Counted from the stretch's first letter, positions 49,452 to 59,017 are shown. The stretch: 64,000 bases of DNA from an uncultured Acidimicrobiaceae bacterium (GCA_964397045.1 CAYNHF010000051.1:24928-88927), one strand, 5' to 3'. Made by a program: numbers and translations. Notes: generated by a model from the sequence alone, not told the origin.

Positions 49452-49943
49452 ATGTCTAATCCACCGCCCCCGAACCGAGGCCACCAGCTTGTCGCCTGGG
49501 GATTCGTCGCGGTGCAGGTGCTGTTGATCGCAGGTGTGATCCTCGTACCTCGCGGTTCTCAATGGCCGGTATCACCGGCTCTGCAGTGGGTGGGCTGGAT
49601 CGCCATGATCGCCGGGATCGGAATCGGTCTGTGGGCGGCGCGCTACCTGGGACGCGGACTCACCGCCTCGCCACTGCCGAACGGCGCGGTCACCCTGGTC
49701 ACGGCGGGGCCCTATCGCTACATGCGGCACCCGATGTACACCGCCGTCATGTTGATCGTGAGCGGGGTCGCGCTGCGATCCGGAAGCTGGATCGTGGTCG
49801 CACTCACCGTCGGTCTCGGAGCCCTGTTCTGGGTGAAGTCGGCGTGGGAGGAACAGCGACTCGCCGAGACCTTCCCCGGCTACCCGGCCTACCAACAAGC
49901 GGTGCCGAGATTCATCCCGCATCCCAGACGCGCCGCCGCGTGA
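49452..49943 (+). CDS. Isoprenylcysteine carboxyl methyltransferase (ICMT/PEMT) family membrane methyltransferase
   Basis: 4-TM protein with C-terminal LVTAGPYRYMRHPMY...EEQRLAETFPGY (ICMT motif). Confidence 0.7.
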   Translation: MSNPPPPNRGHQLVAWGFVAVQVLLIAGVILVPRGSQWPVSPALQWVGWIAMIAGIGIGLWAARYLGRGLTASPLPNGAVTLVTAGPYRYMRHPMYTAVMLIVSGVALRSGSWIVVALTVGLGALFWVKSAWEEQRLAETFPGYPAYQQAVPRFIPHPRRAAA

Positions 49944-49984
49944 ACCCGCAGGCGAGAACCCGATTACCGAAGAGTTGTGGCAGG

Positions 49985-50635
49985 ATGCGCGCCATGATCA
50001 ACGGCTCCAGTTGCAGCAGACGCCCCAAACGCGGTCGTGCCCTCTTCAGCCTCATCGGCGGAACACTGCTGCTCTTCGCAGCATGTGCAACCAACCAGCA
50101 GGACGCCGAAACCACGACCTCGTCGTCCATCCCCCTGGTAGAGACCACAACCACCTCCACACTCGCACCGGCAGGAGCAGCCGAGTTCCCCGACCTCGGC
50201 CTCGAGACCGTCGTTCCCTCAGAGTGGGTGCTGCGCCAGGAGGCACTGGCTCAGGGTTCCGCCGCGATGCTGTACGACGCAGGAGACACAGCCGCTCTCG
50301 TCATCCTGGGAAGGGTCGAAGACCTCGAGGAACCGATCGTTGAGACCGACCCTTCCGAGATCGCGATTGCAGTGAGCCGTCGGCTCGCAGGGTTCTTCTT
50401 CGAGGACGGAACCGAAACGGTGACGGTCGAGGTGGCCACCGTAGACGGGGCGGAGGCAGGTGCGGCTCAGGTCAAGCTCGATCACGAAGACGGATCGCAT
50501 ACCGTCACCCGGACGACCATCGTCGTCGGCGGGGACGGTGCCAGGTACGCGACGCTCCTCTATCAGAGCGAATTCCCTGAGGAGCGAATCGCACAAGGCA
50601 TCGAGGTGCTGGAACGACTGGCCCTCCTCAACTAG
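49985..50635 (+). CDS. Lipoprotein, unknown function
   Basis: Lipobox LLLFAAC|ATN, T/S-rich linker, ~150-aa domain. High GC3. Confidence 0.5.
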   Translation: MRAMINGSSCSRRPKRGRALFSLIGGTLLLFAACATNQQDAETTTSSSIPLVETTTTSTLAPAGAAEFPDLGLETVVPSEWVLRQEALAQGSAAMLYDAGDTAALVILGRVEDLEEPIVETDPSEIAIAVSRRLAGFFFEDGTETVTVEVATVDGAEAGAAQVKLDHEDGSHTVTRTTIVVGGDGARYATLLYQSEFPEERIAQGIEVLERLALLN

Positions 50636-50725
50636 TCGCCGATGTTCGAACTTTCATAGCTCATTCGCGATATTTAACGGTATATGACCGTTGCAGTCGG
50701 CGTGTGCCGCCCGTAGTCTGCGAGC

Positions 50726-51445
50726 ATGTCCCTTCGGCTTCGACATGTACTCGTCATCGTGGTGCTCGCGACCGAGACCGCCGTCCTGGCGATCAGCATC
50801 ACCAACTTCGATGCCGTCGAACCGAACGACTCGATCTTCCGACTCACCCGCGCTCACGCCGGGATTCCGCTCCACGAGATGCTCACCACACTGGCGTGGT
50901 GGGTGCTTGCCGGCATCGCAGGTTGGTTTCTCATCACCGGCCTGATGTACGCCGGTGCGACCGTCGCCGGCCGTACGGGCGCCGCCTCTCGCATCGGCCG
51001 GTTCACGCCACGAGTGATCCGACTCCTGGTCGATCGCGCCGCCGTCCTTTCCCTGACCATCGCGATGCTCGGAACCGGGGCTCCGGCCACGGCCGCAGAC
51101 GATTTCAAGCCCGGGACCGGACCGGCAGCCCCCGAAACGCCCGGTACCGCAGAGATCCCGCATCCCGGCCTGCAACGCCTCACGAGCGATGTGGCCCCGG
51201 AAACGGCCGCATCGACTCCATCGCCCTCCAGCAATCCGACGGGCGAGCACCTCGTGGTACCCGGCGACAACTTGTGGCGGATCGCTGCCGGCCACGTCAC
51301 AGCCAACGCAGAGACACCAATCGCCGTCCGCACCTACTGGCTGATGGTGATCGAGGCGAACCGGAACCGGCTTCGTTCTGGTGACCCCAATCTGATCTTC
51401 CCCGGAGAAAGGATCGTCCTTCCCGAGATTCCGGAGGCGTCGTGA
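50726..51445 (+). CDS. Membrane protein with C-terminal LysM domain
   Basis: Three TM helices, Pro/Ala/Thr-rich linker, LysM (HLVVPGDNLWRIAAGHV...GDPNLIFPGERIVLP). Confidence 0.6.
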   Translation: MSLRLRHVLVIVVLATETAVLAISITNFDAVEPNDSIFRLTRAHAGIPLHEMLTTLAWWVLAGIAGWFLITGLMYAGATVAGRTGAASRIGRFTPRVIRLLVDRAAVLSLTIAMLGTGAPATAADDFKPGTGPAAPETPGTAEIPHPGLQRLTSDVAPETAASTPSPSSNPTGEHLVVPGDNLWRIAAGHVTANAETPIAVRTYWLMVIEANRNRLRSGDPNLIFPGERIVLPEIPEAS

Positions 51446-52194
51446 CTGGCGCGAGCGCTCCACGGCTTGACGCGGCAGAGGGCCGCCTCATTCTCTCTCG
51501 TACGCTGATGCCTGTGGCAATGCAGCTTCACACCGGCCGTGACACCACCCTCGCTGTGGCTGAGGCCTCCGCCCTCGAGAATGCCGGGATCCTCGCAAAC
51601 GGACACCTACATCCAGTGGCCGATTCGATCCTGGCAACGATGACCGACCCCGATCTCGTAGCCACCGTCGAGTGCACGACGCTCAAACGCCGACCGTGGC
51701 TCGGCACCGTGTGGGGGCGCGGGGCAACGGGAGTGGTCGGCGAGTCACCCGCCCCCGATACCTTTGCGCTCCACCAGACATCGCGCGGACTCCTTCCGTT
51801 CCACGTGACGAATCTGGTCGGGGTGGGGCCGCGGCCGACCCCCGATGTTCGCCGGCCGATCGTCGTCGCCACCGAGGTCCTCGCCGCGTCTCGTCCCCAC
51901 TGGCACACCCCAGAGGTGGTGAGTGACCTACTCGCCGACCAGGGGATTCCGCAGCGTGGCGCCGATGCGCTGGCTGCCGCCCACGCCATGCGGCGCGCTT
52001 CGTGGCGAGTGACCTGCCTGCGCACCGACCCGGCCGGGATCCCCTGTAACGGGGAAGTTCTGGTCCTCGATGGGGACGACGGCGGCTATTGGAGTCTGCA
52101 GGCAGATGCTGATGCCTCAGGCACCGTCACCTTCACTCCAATCCCGTGGCCGTCTGTGATCAACCTGGTGGGCGACCTACTCCCGACCGGCTAG
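51442..52194 (+). CDS. Hypothetical protein (translationally coupled to the LysM gene)
   Basis: GTG at 51442 overlaps the LysM stop by 4 nt. High GC3, no family recognised. The 3' end overlaps convergent surE by 18 nt. Confidence 0.45.
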   Translation: MTGASAPRLDAAEGRLILSRTLMPVAMQLHTGRDTTLAVAEASALENAGILANGHLHPVADSILATMTDPDLVATVECTTLKRRPWLGTVWGRGATGVVGESPAPDTFALHQTSRGLLPFHVTNLVGVGPRPTPDVRRPIVVATEVLAASRPHWHTPEVVSDLLADQGIPQRGADALAAAHAMRRASWRVTCLRTDPAGIPCNGEVLVLDGDDGGYWSLQADADASGTVTFTPIPWPSVINLVGDLLPTG

Positions 52195-53010
52195 ATCCTC
52201 CCGCCCTTGCGCCACTCCCCTGGCGGCCCCCCACTCTTTCGCCAGAGCATCGGGAACGCCACCAGTCGTAGGGAGGCCGAGTGGCGTGATCGCGATGGCT
52301 CCCTGGTGGGCCGCCTCGATATCGGTACCCGTGGCGTCGCCGTGGATCTGGTGGTTCTCGACGGCGTGACGGTAGGTGCCGTCTCCCTGTTCCGCGAACA
52401 GTTGGTCGTAGGCCGATCGGGCCAAGCGAGTGATGCGTCGCTCGGTCTTTGCAGTTGCGTCTCCTGGCAGATTGATGCTCAGTACCTGCGCATCGGTCGG
52501 GAAGCCGTGTCCCAGCAGCACCTCGATCAGGTCGACTGCGACCACGGAGAGACGTTCCCACATCGGCAAAGACGCCCCCGACCAGGCATGTGCCGACCAG
52601 GTGGGCCAATCACCGATGATTCCGGCAGACACCGCCACCGCAGGCACCCCGCCGAGTGCTGCTTCGAAGGCTGCACCTACAGTTCCGCTCGACATGAGAA
52701 AGGCCTGACCGTGGTTGTACCCAACGTTGATTCCGGACACGACCATGTCGGGGACCCCTTTGGGATCGGCATGCATACCGATCTGGGCGCAGTCGGCCGG
52801 ATACCCGTCGACGGCCGAAATGGTGAGGCCGTCGCGGATTGTTGTTTCCACGGTGAGCGGATCGTGACGGGTGATGGCCTTGCCCACCCAGCTTCGCTCG
52901 CGCGCCGGAACCACGATCGACACCGGACCGAGGCGTCCTAGAGCCTGCGCGAATGGGGCAAGTGCCGGTGAGTCGATGCCGTCGTCGTTGGTCAGCAGGA
53001 TGCGCGTCAT
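52177..53010 (-). CDS. surE: 5'/3'-nucleotidase SurE
   Basis: MTRILLTNDDGIDSPAL...SGINVGYNHG SurE signature. Confidence 0.85.
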   Translation of the reverse strand: MTRILLTNDDGIDSPALAPFAQALGRLGPVSIVVPARERSWVGKAITRHDPLTVETTIRDGLTISAVDGYPADCAQIGMHADPKGVPDMVVSGINVGYNHGQAFLMSSGTVGAAFEAALGGVPAVAVSAGIIGDWPTWSAHAWSGASLPMWERLSVVAVDLIEVLLGHGFPTDAQVLSINLPGDATAKTERRITRLARSAYDQLFAEQGDGTYRHAVENHQIHGDATGTDIEAAHQGAIAITPLGLPTTGGVPDALAKEWGAARGVAQGREDLAGRE

Positions 53011-53099
53011 CTGATCAGGTTAGGCCGAGGTTCCCGCCCCTGGATATCAGCGAGCTCGGACTCCGGTGCAACCATCGATTCCTCCGTCCTGCCGTCACC

Positions 53100-53179
53100 T
53101 GAACTTGCAATCTGAGCGGAATAGACTTAGATTATTGCTTGTTATTCATATAGGAATTTCTTATACAGAGGAGTTGAAT
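53100..53179 (+). promoter_or_regulatory. AT-rich promoter island upstream of hsp20 (possible SigH/SigE-type GGAAT-N16-GTT, leaderless or short leader)
   Basis: About 35% GC over 80 bp in a 68% GC genome (...AGATTATTGCTTGTTATTCATATAGGAATTTCTTATACAGAGGAGTTGAATATG). GAGGAG RBS 6 nt before ATG. Confidence 0.4.
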
Positions 53180-53602
53180 ATGTCCGCACAGCTCGTTCGC
53201 TTCGACCCTTGGTCGGTGATGCGTGACTTTGATCGTGCCTTCATGACGGCCAATCCCGGTCGTACGAACACATGGATGCCCCGCATCGACGTGCTGGAGA
53301 ACGAAGGATCTCTGATGCTGCGCGCCGAACTCGCCGGTGTCGACACCGACAGCATCGAGGTGACGCAGGAAGGTCGCACGCTGACCCTCAGCGGTTCCCG
53401 CACGCTGACGGCCGATGATTTCACCGGGACCGCTCACCGGCGCGAGATCCTCGAAGGCGACTTCGAACGTAAGGTGCGTCTGCCCCAGGGCATCGACGCC
53501 GAGTCCATCACGGCAACATCGAACGACGGCATCCTCGAGGTGGTCATCCCCCTCCTGCCCGAGGTTCAGCCTCGCAAGGTGACCGTGACCCCACAGCGGT
53601 AA
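53180..53602 (+). CDS. Hsp20/alpha-crystallin family small heat-shock protein
   Basis: Alpha-crystallin domain (PRIDVLENEGSLMLRAELAGVD...GILEVVIP), 140 aa. Confidence 0.9.
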   Translation: MSAQLVRFDPWSVMRDFDRAFMTANPGRTNTWMPRIDVLENEGSLMLRAELAGVDTDSIEVTQEGRTLTLSGSRTLTADDFTGTAHRREILEGDFERKVRLPQGIDAESITATSNDGILEVVIPLLPEVQPRKVTVTPQR

Positions 53603-53627
53603 CCCTCCCTCCCACCGCTGTCGGTTC

Positions 53628-53668
53628 GGCCCCGCTCCCCCTCCCGGAGCGGGGCCGACCACTTTCTG
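53628..53668 (+). terminator. Intrinsic terminator after hsp20
   Basis: 11-bp GC stem GGCCCCGCTCC/GGAGCGGGGCC with loop CCCTCCC, then GACCACTTTCTGG. A second 8-bp hairpin (ACAGCGGT..ACCGCTGT) precedes it and spans the stop codon. Confidence 0.6.
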
Positions 53669-53726
53669 GCGGTGGCTCGATCCTTTCGACCACATCGCAA
53701 CACCGGTTGCCCGTACACTGCCGCCC

Positions 53727-54164
53727 ATGATCGTTATCACCGAATTGGTCGAGGTCGAAGACTCCGTTGTGGCTGCGTTCGACCACCTCATCCCCCAACT
53801 GTCTTCGAGCAGCCCACCACCGGATCGGGACCGACTCGCAGACATCGCGGCCAATCCCAATACACAACTACTCGTGGCCCGAGACACCGAAACTCAGCAG
53901 GTCGTCGGCAGCCTCTGCCTCGCCTTCTATCGAATCCCGACGGGTCTTCAGGCCCGAATCGAAGACGTTATCGTCGACGGCGAAGTGCGGGGTCGGGGCG
54001 TGGGCGAACTCCTGACGAACAGCGCGATCGAACGCGCCCGTTCCGCAGGTGCCAAGGCAGTGGGTCTCACGTCGCGTCCCTCACGTGAAGCCGCCAATCG
54101 CCTCTACCGACGCCTCGGCTTCGAGGAACGTGATACCAACGTGTACCAGATGAAGCTCGTCTGA
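53727..54164 (+). CDS. GNAT family N-acetyltransferase
   Basis: Motif A (IEDVIVDGEVRGRGVGELL) and motif B (YRRLGFEE). Confidence 0.8.
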   Translation: MIVITELVEVEDSVVAAFDHLIPQLSSSSPPPDRDRLADIAANPNTQLLVARDTETQQVVGSLCLAFYRIPTGLQARIEDVIVDGEVRGRGVGELLTNSAIERARSAGAKAVGLTSRPSREAANRLYRRLGFEERDTNVYQMKLV

Positions 54165-54238
54165 TCACAACCAGTCGACCGGGCACCCGCGCGTAGTCGG
54201 GTGGCTCCCTATTATGCATTTCGGATTCACAGCGCACG

Positions 54239-55462
54239 ATGATGGAGGCGACGCGAGGAGAAGCCGTGACCGCAACCGCAGACACCGTTCGCAAACGTCG
54301 CTGGCCGCGCTACTTCCTTATCGGCATCCTGGCTCTGGTTGTATTGTTCTATCTCGGTGGCGGCTGGTACTTCTCCAACCAGATCCGAGACGACCTTCTC
54401 ACCGTCAAGCCACCAACCGTTTCCTATGACCTCGACGTCCTGGCCGTCGACTCTGAGTTGATCACCTTGCGCGAAACCGACGGACATGATGACGAACTCC
54501 GAACTCCCGGCGTCTACGGTGTCACGTGGGATGGCGGAACTGGCGAATTGGGTGACATCCTCACCACGGGAAGTGCTACCGACGTCACCCGCGTCTTCAC
54601 GCTGCTCGAAGGCGCAGCCCCCACGGCAGGAACCCAGGCCGATGTCAACAAGAACGTCTTTCCGCCAGATCCCCTCCGTGCATTCGACGTCGCCTTCGAG
54701 GACGTGCAATACAACTCGCCATTGGGACCCATGGACGCATGGTTCGTCCCCGGGGAATCAGACACCTGGGCGGTGATGATCCACGGCAAGGGGGTAGACC
54801 GCGACGAGACCCTGCGGGTCATGCAGCCGTTCCTCGAGGTCGGTCTCCCCATCCTCTCGATCCGGTACCGCAACGACATCGACCAACCACAGGATCCCTC
54901 CGGCTTCTACAGATACGGCGTATCCGAATGGCAGGATCTCGAGGGTGCGGTCCAATACGCAGCAGACAACGGCGCTGAAGACGTCGTGCTCGTCGGCCTC
55001 AGCACGGGTGGCCCGATCGCGATCAGCTTCCTACAGAAGTCTCCATCAGCAGGCAGGGTCAAGGGGGCGGTGCTGGACGCACCAAATCTCGATGTGGGAC
55101 GCGCCGTAGATTTCGCCGCATCGATGCGAACCCTTCCGCTCATCAATACCGCGATTCCGGACAGCCTCACCTCCGTGGCCAAGTTCATTGCCGGGCTCCG
55201 CTTCGACATCGACTGGGACGATCTCGACTACGTCAATCGAGCTGCCAACGTCAACTTCCGCATGCTCGACTTCCACGGCGAGGCGGATGACACCGTCCCG
55301 ATCGACGTCAGCCAGCGCCTCACCAAGGCCTCGCGCCTCGGAGTCACCCTCTTCGAAGTTCCCAAGGCGCTGCATGTCGGATCGTGGAACATCGCCCCGG
55401 ACGGTTACGCGACGGCGGTGCGCGAGTACCTGCAAACGATCGGCGCTCGCGGAGGCGGCTGA
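54239..55462 (+). CDS. Membrane-anchored alpha/beta hydrolase (S9/dienelactone-hydrolase-like)
   Basis: N-terminal TM helix, nucleophile elbow GLSTGG, C-terminal HGEADDTVP. Confidence 0.7.
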   Translation: MMEATRGEAVTATADTVRKRRWPRYFLIGILALVVLFYLGGGWYFSNQIRDDLLTVKPPTVSYDLDVLAVDSELITLRETDGHDDELRTPGVYGVTWDGGTGELGDILTTGSATDVTRVFTLLEGAAPTAGTQADVNKNVFPPDPLRAFDVAFEDVQYNSPLGPMDAWFVPGESDTWAVMIHGKGVDRDETLRVMQPFLEVGLPILSIRYRNDIDQPQDPSGFYRYGVSEWQDLEGAVQYAADNGAEDVVLVGLSTGGPIAISFLQKSPSAGRVKGAVLDAPNLDVGRAVDFAASMRTLPLINTAIPDSLTSVAKFIAGLRFDIDWDDLDYVNRAANVNFRMLDFHGEADDTVPIDVSQRLTKASRLGVTLFEVPKALHVGSWNIAPDGYATAVREYLQTIGARGGG

Positions 55463-55529
55463 TCGCTCCCGAGCGCGCTACTCGCTCCGTACACTCGCAG
55501 TAGTGCGCCGTACCGGTCCTGGAGGCAAT

Positions 55530-56525
55530 GTGGCCGCTGACGAAACCCATGTCGAGGTTGTCGGCGAACCGATCCGGATCTCGAGTCCGGGAAAGGTCAT
55601 GTTCCCCGACCAGGGTTGGTCCAAGCTCGACGTGGTCGAGCACTACGTCATGTGTGCTGCCGGAGCCCTGCGCGGCGTATGGAACCGGCCCTCGCTTTTG
55701 AAACGTTGGAACCGCGGCGTGGCGGGCGACCCCCTGTTCGTCAAGCGGCCAAAGTCTGCCAGCAACCTGGTCGACGTCACCTTTCCATCCGCCCGCCCCG
55801 GCCGCATGTTCGCGCCGATCACCGAACGCGACGTCATCTGGATGGCACAGATGAATTGCCTCGATTTGAACCCATGGAACGCCCGCGCAGATGACATCGA
55901 CCACCCGGACGAGCTGCGTATCGATCTCGATCCGACGGAGGGGTACGACTTCACGGCAGCCAGGGACGTCGCGGCCGCATTCAACGAACTGCTGACAGAG
56001 AAGGGCCTAGTCGGCTGGCCGAAGACATCCGGCAATCGCGGGATGCACATCTACGTGCGGCTCGAACGACGCTACGACTATTTCCAGGTGAGACGGGCGG
56101 CGCTGGCGCTGGCGCGCGAAGTCGAACGCCGCCATGAGCTCGCAACCACCGCGTGGTGGAAGGAGGAACGCGACGGTGTCTTCATCGACTTCAACCAGAA
56201 CGCGTGGGACAAGACCATCGCCTCTGCCTACAGCGTGCGCCATACCGGCTACGTCTCGACCCCGTTCCGGTGGGACGAGCTGGCCGCACTCGACCACACC
56301 CGGTTTGATCTCATGAGCTTCAAGGATCGCTGGAAGGAGGTCGGAGACCTGACGGACGGCATCGACGAAGCGGCCTGCCGGCTCGAAGTGGTACTTGACA
56401 TGGTCGCTGCGGATGAGGAGCGCGGCTTTGGTGATGCACCCTGGCCGCCGCACTATCCAAAGATGCCGGGTGAGCCACCCCGGGTACAGCCGTCCAAGAA
56501 GGTCGCCGAGAACTGGGAAGACTGA
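55530..56525 (+). CDS. Standalone NHEJ polymerase/primase domain protein (LigD PolDom-like, AEP superfamily)
   Basis: MFPDQGWSKLDVVEHY...DLDP...SGNRGMHIYVRL...FIDFNQN are AEP/LigD-Pol motifs. GTG 55530 preceded by GGAGG. No ligase or phosphoesterase domains fused. Confidence 0.8.
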   Translation: MAADETHVEVVGEPIRISSPGKVMFPDQGWSKLDVVEHYVMCAAGALRGVWNRPSLLKRWNRGVAGDPLFVKRPKSASNLVDVTFPSARPGRMFAPITERDVIWMAQMNCLDLNPWNARADDIDHPDELRIDLDPTEGYDFTAARDVAAAFNELLTEKGLVGWPKTSGNRGMHIYVRLERRYDYFQVRRAALALAREVERRHELATTAWWKEERDGVFIDFNQNAWDKTIASAYSVRHTGYVSTPFRWDELAALDHTRFDLMSFKDRWKEVGDLTDGIDEAACRLEVVLDMVAADEERGFGDAPWPPHYPKMPGEPPRVQPSKKVAENWED

Positions 56526-56542
56526 GCTCGCCACTCGCTCGC

Positions 56543-57577
56543 CTAGTGAAAGACCACCTCGCTGAACCCGATTCCCTCGGGTCGCTCAAGTTGGTCCATC
56601 GTGCACTCTGCCGCCGGTTTGTCTGGTCGCCAGCGCTCGAAGCGGGTGGCGTGGCGGAACCGGTTGCCTTCCAATTGGTCGTAGCTGATCTGTACGACCA
56701 CACCGGGGGTCACCGGGGTCCAGTCCATCGACTTGCCGCCGCTCCAGCGGCTGGGTCCGCCGGGAACCCTGACCCCGTCACCGCCACCGAAACTTTCGTC
56801 CGATCGCAGTTGTTCGAACTGCTCGAGCAACACGGTGCGATCTGTATTCGAGAACCCCGAACAGTGCCCCACGAACGTCAGGTCTCCTGCTGAGTCGTAC
56901 ATCCCGAGCAGGATCGAACCGATCTTGTCGCCATCCTTGTGGACGCGATAGCCCCCGACCACGCAATCCGCGTCGCGCCGATGCTTCCACTTGATCCACT
57001 CCCGCTTGTCCTCGTGATAAGGCCCATCTTCTAGTTTGCAGATGATGCCGTCGCACCCCGCCGCTTCGAACGCGGAGAACCAACGGGAGGCCTCTGCGAA
57101 ATCCCCGGTCGCCGGGGTCAGGTGCCAGGGGAAACCGAGTTCGGGAAACAGCGCCTCGAGCCGTCGCCGGCGCAACTGGTAGGGAGCGTCCCGCAGGTCC
57201 TCTCCCGCATCGGCCAGCAAATCGAACGCCACGATCTCGGCAGGCGTTGCTTCGGCCAGCATGGTGATCCGCGACTCAGCAGGGTGGATCCGCTGCTGCA
57301 GCATGTCGAACCGCGTCACATCACCCGAGATGACAACGATCTCGCCGTCGACGACGGAACCGTCTGGGAGGCGTGACAGCGGCTCTGCCAGTTCGGGGAA
57401 GTAGCGAAGCAGTGGTTTCTCGCTGCGGCTGTCGAGCCGCGGGGAGTCACCGCCCCACGCAATCGCCCGAAACCCGTCCCATTTCGGCTCGTACACCCAG
57501 CCGGGAGGCTCGGGTGGTTTCGCCTTGATCCTCGCCTTCATCGGCTTGATCGTCGGTTGGAACGGCCAAGAAGTCAC
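56543..57577 (-). CDS. ATP-dependent DNA ligase (LigC / LigD ligase-domain-like)
   Basis: Adenylation motif I KxDG (YEPKWDGFRAI), motifs III-V and an OB domain, 344 aa. Confidence 0.85.
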   Translation of the reverse strand: MTSWPFQPTIKPMKARIKAKPPEPPGWVYEPKWDGFRAIAWGGDSPRLDSRSEKPLLRYFPELAEPLSRLPDGSVVDGEIVVISGDVTRFDMLQQRIHPAESRITMLAEATPAEIVAFDLLADAGEDLRDAPYQLRRRRLEALFPELGFPWHLTPATGDFAEASRWFSAFEAAGCDGIICKLEDGPYHEDKREWIKWKHRRDADCVVGGYRVHKDGDKIGSILLGMYDSAGDLTFVGHCSGFSNTDRTVLLEQFEQLRSDESFGGGDGVRVPGGPSRWSGGKSMDWTPVTPGVVVQISYDQLEGNRFRHATRFERWRPDKPAAECTMDQLERPEGIGFSEVVFH

Positions 57578-57618
57578 GGCGCGAGCTTACGCGAGCGACG
57601 CCGGCAGCGGGCCGGACC

Positions 57619-58188
57619 TCACGCAGCCGACAGGCCGGCGGCGAACGCCTTGGCAGAGTCGGCGTCGAACCCGACCAGTCGAATCTCGTCGAGCGCTTCG
57701 GGCTGTGCCTCGCACCACTCGACCACCGCTTTGGCGATGGTGGCAGTCGCCGCATCCAACGGGTACCCGAGGATCCCGGCCGAGACCGCCGGAATGGCGA
57801 TCGAGTTGGCTTCGACGCCGATCGCGGCGTCGAGCGCCGCGGTGATGGCCGCGGTGAGCTGTCCCGCATTGTCCCTCCCCGACCGATACCGTGGGCCGAC
57901 GACGTGAATGATGTGTGACGCCTGAAGCATCCCGGCGGTCGTCACCGCCGCCGTGCCGTTGGGAAGCGGACCATGCTCTCGCACCCAGGCGTCCGACTCC
58001 TCCTGGATCACCCTGCCTCCGGTGCGGACCAGGGCGACGGCAACCCCCCCGCCATGTGACAACTGCTCATTCGCGGCGTTGACGAGCGCGGCAACGGGCT
58101 GCTGGGTGAGATCACCCTGGATCACCCAGATCTGGCACCGACCGACCGCCCGATGAGCAATGGCATCCATCCCGACATCGTATAACAA
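57619..58188 (-). CDS. Macro-domain protein (ADP-ribose binding/O-acetyl-ADP-ribose deacetylase-like)
   Basis: VNAANEQLSHGGGVAVAL...AIPAVSAGILGYP macro-domain signature. Confidence 0.8.
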   Translation of the reverse strand: MLYDVGMDAIAHRAVGRCQIWVIQGDLTQQPVAALVNAANEQLSHGGGVAVALVRTGGRVIQEESDAWVREHGPLPNGTAAVTTAGMLQASHIIHVVGPRYRSGRDNAGQLTAAITAALDAAIGVEANSIAIPAVSAGILGYPLDAATATIAKAVVEWCEAQPEALDEIRLVGFDADSAKAFAAGLSAA

Positions 58189-58216
58189 CCACAGCGGGAG
58201 GCGTCCGCAACAGCGG

Positions 58217-59017
58217 CTACCAACGCGACGGCTCAGGCTGGGCCGTCTCGCCGAGCAGCCTCTCGATCATGTAGGCGAAACGCTCCGGGTCGCCGGTGGT
58301 TGTGTATCTAATCCGGCGGAGGTGATCGGGGGGGGCCGTGGTGCCGGCATCCGTGAGCAGTCGGCGGACCTGTCTGGCAACGGCCGGCGACGGATCGATG
58401 ATGTCGACCTGGTCTCCCACGACCGCCCGAATGTCGGCGATGAGGAAGGGGTAGTGGGTGCATCCGAGGACGAGGGTGTCCATCCCAGCGTCGCGCATGG
58501 GCTCGAGGTGAGCGGCCAGCAGCTCTCGTGCCTCGGCGGTGCCCGAGCCGTCGTTCTCGACCAGCCCGGCGAGTCCAGCACCGACCTGAGGAATCACGGT
58601 GACGTGGTTCGCGTGACGGTCGACCACAGTGGCAAAGAGCTCACCCTGAAAGGTCGCCGACGTTGCCAGCACACCGACGACTCCGGTGCGAGACTGCAGC
58701 GCGGCCGGTTTCACCGCCGGCTCCAGCCCGACGAACGGCGTGTCCGGGTATCGCTCGCGTAGTGGGTAGAGGGCAGCGGCGGACGCGCTGTTGCAGGCCA
58801 CCACGACGACCTTGGCCCCAGCAGCGATGAGACCCGCCGTCACCTCGAAGGCCCGCTCCCGAACCGCCTCGATGCCGAGGCGTCCGTAAGGGGACCATTG
58901 CTGATCGGCGACGTAGAGGATCGACTCGTCGGGCAGCACGACGGTGATCTCGCGCAGGATGGATAAGCCACCCACCCCGCTGTCGAAGACTCCGATCGGT
59001 CGTGCGTCGCCGCCCAT
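58217..59017 (-). CDS. murI: Glutamate racemase
   Basis: IGVFDSGVGGLSIL and VVVACNSASA...LGCTHYP motifs. Confidence 0.9.
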   Translation of the reverse strand: MGGDARPIGVFDSGVGGLSILREITVVLPDESILYVADQQWSPYGRLGIEAVRERAFEVTAGLIAAGAKVVVVACNSASAAALYPLRERYPDTPFVGLEPAVKPAALQSRTGVVGVLATSATFQGELFATVVDRHANHVTVIPQVGAGLAGLVENDGSGTAEARELLAAHLEPMRDAGMDTLVLGCTHYPFLIADIRAVVGDQVDIIDPSPAVARQVRRLLTDAGTTAPPDHLRRIRYTTTGDPERFAYMIERLLGETAQPEPSRW

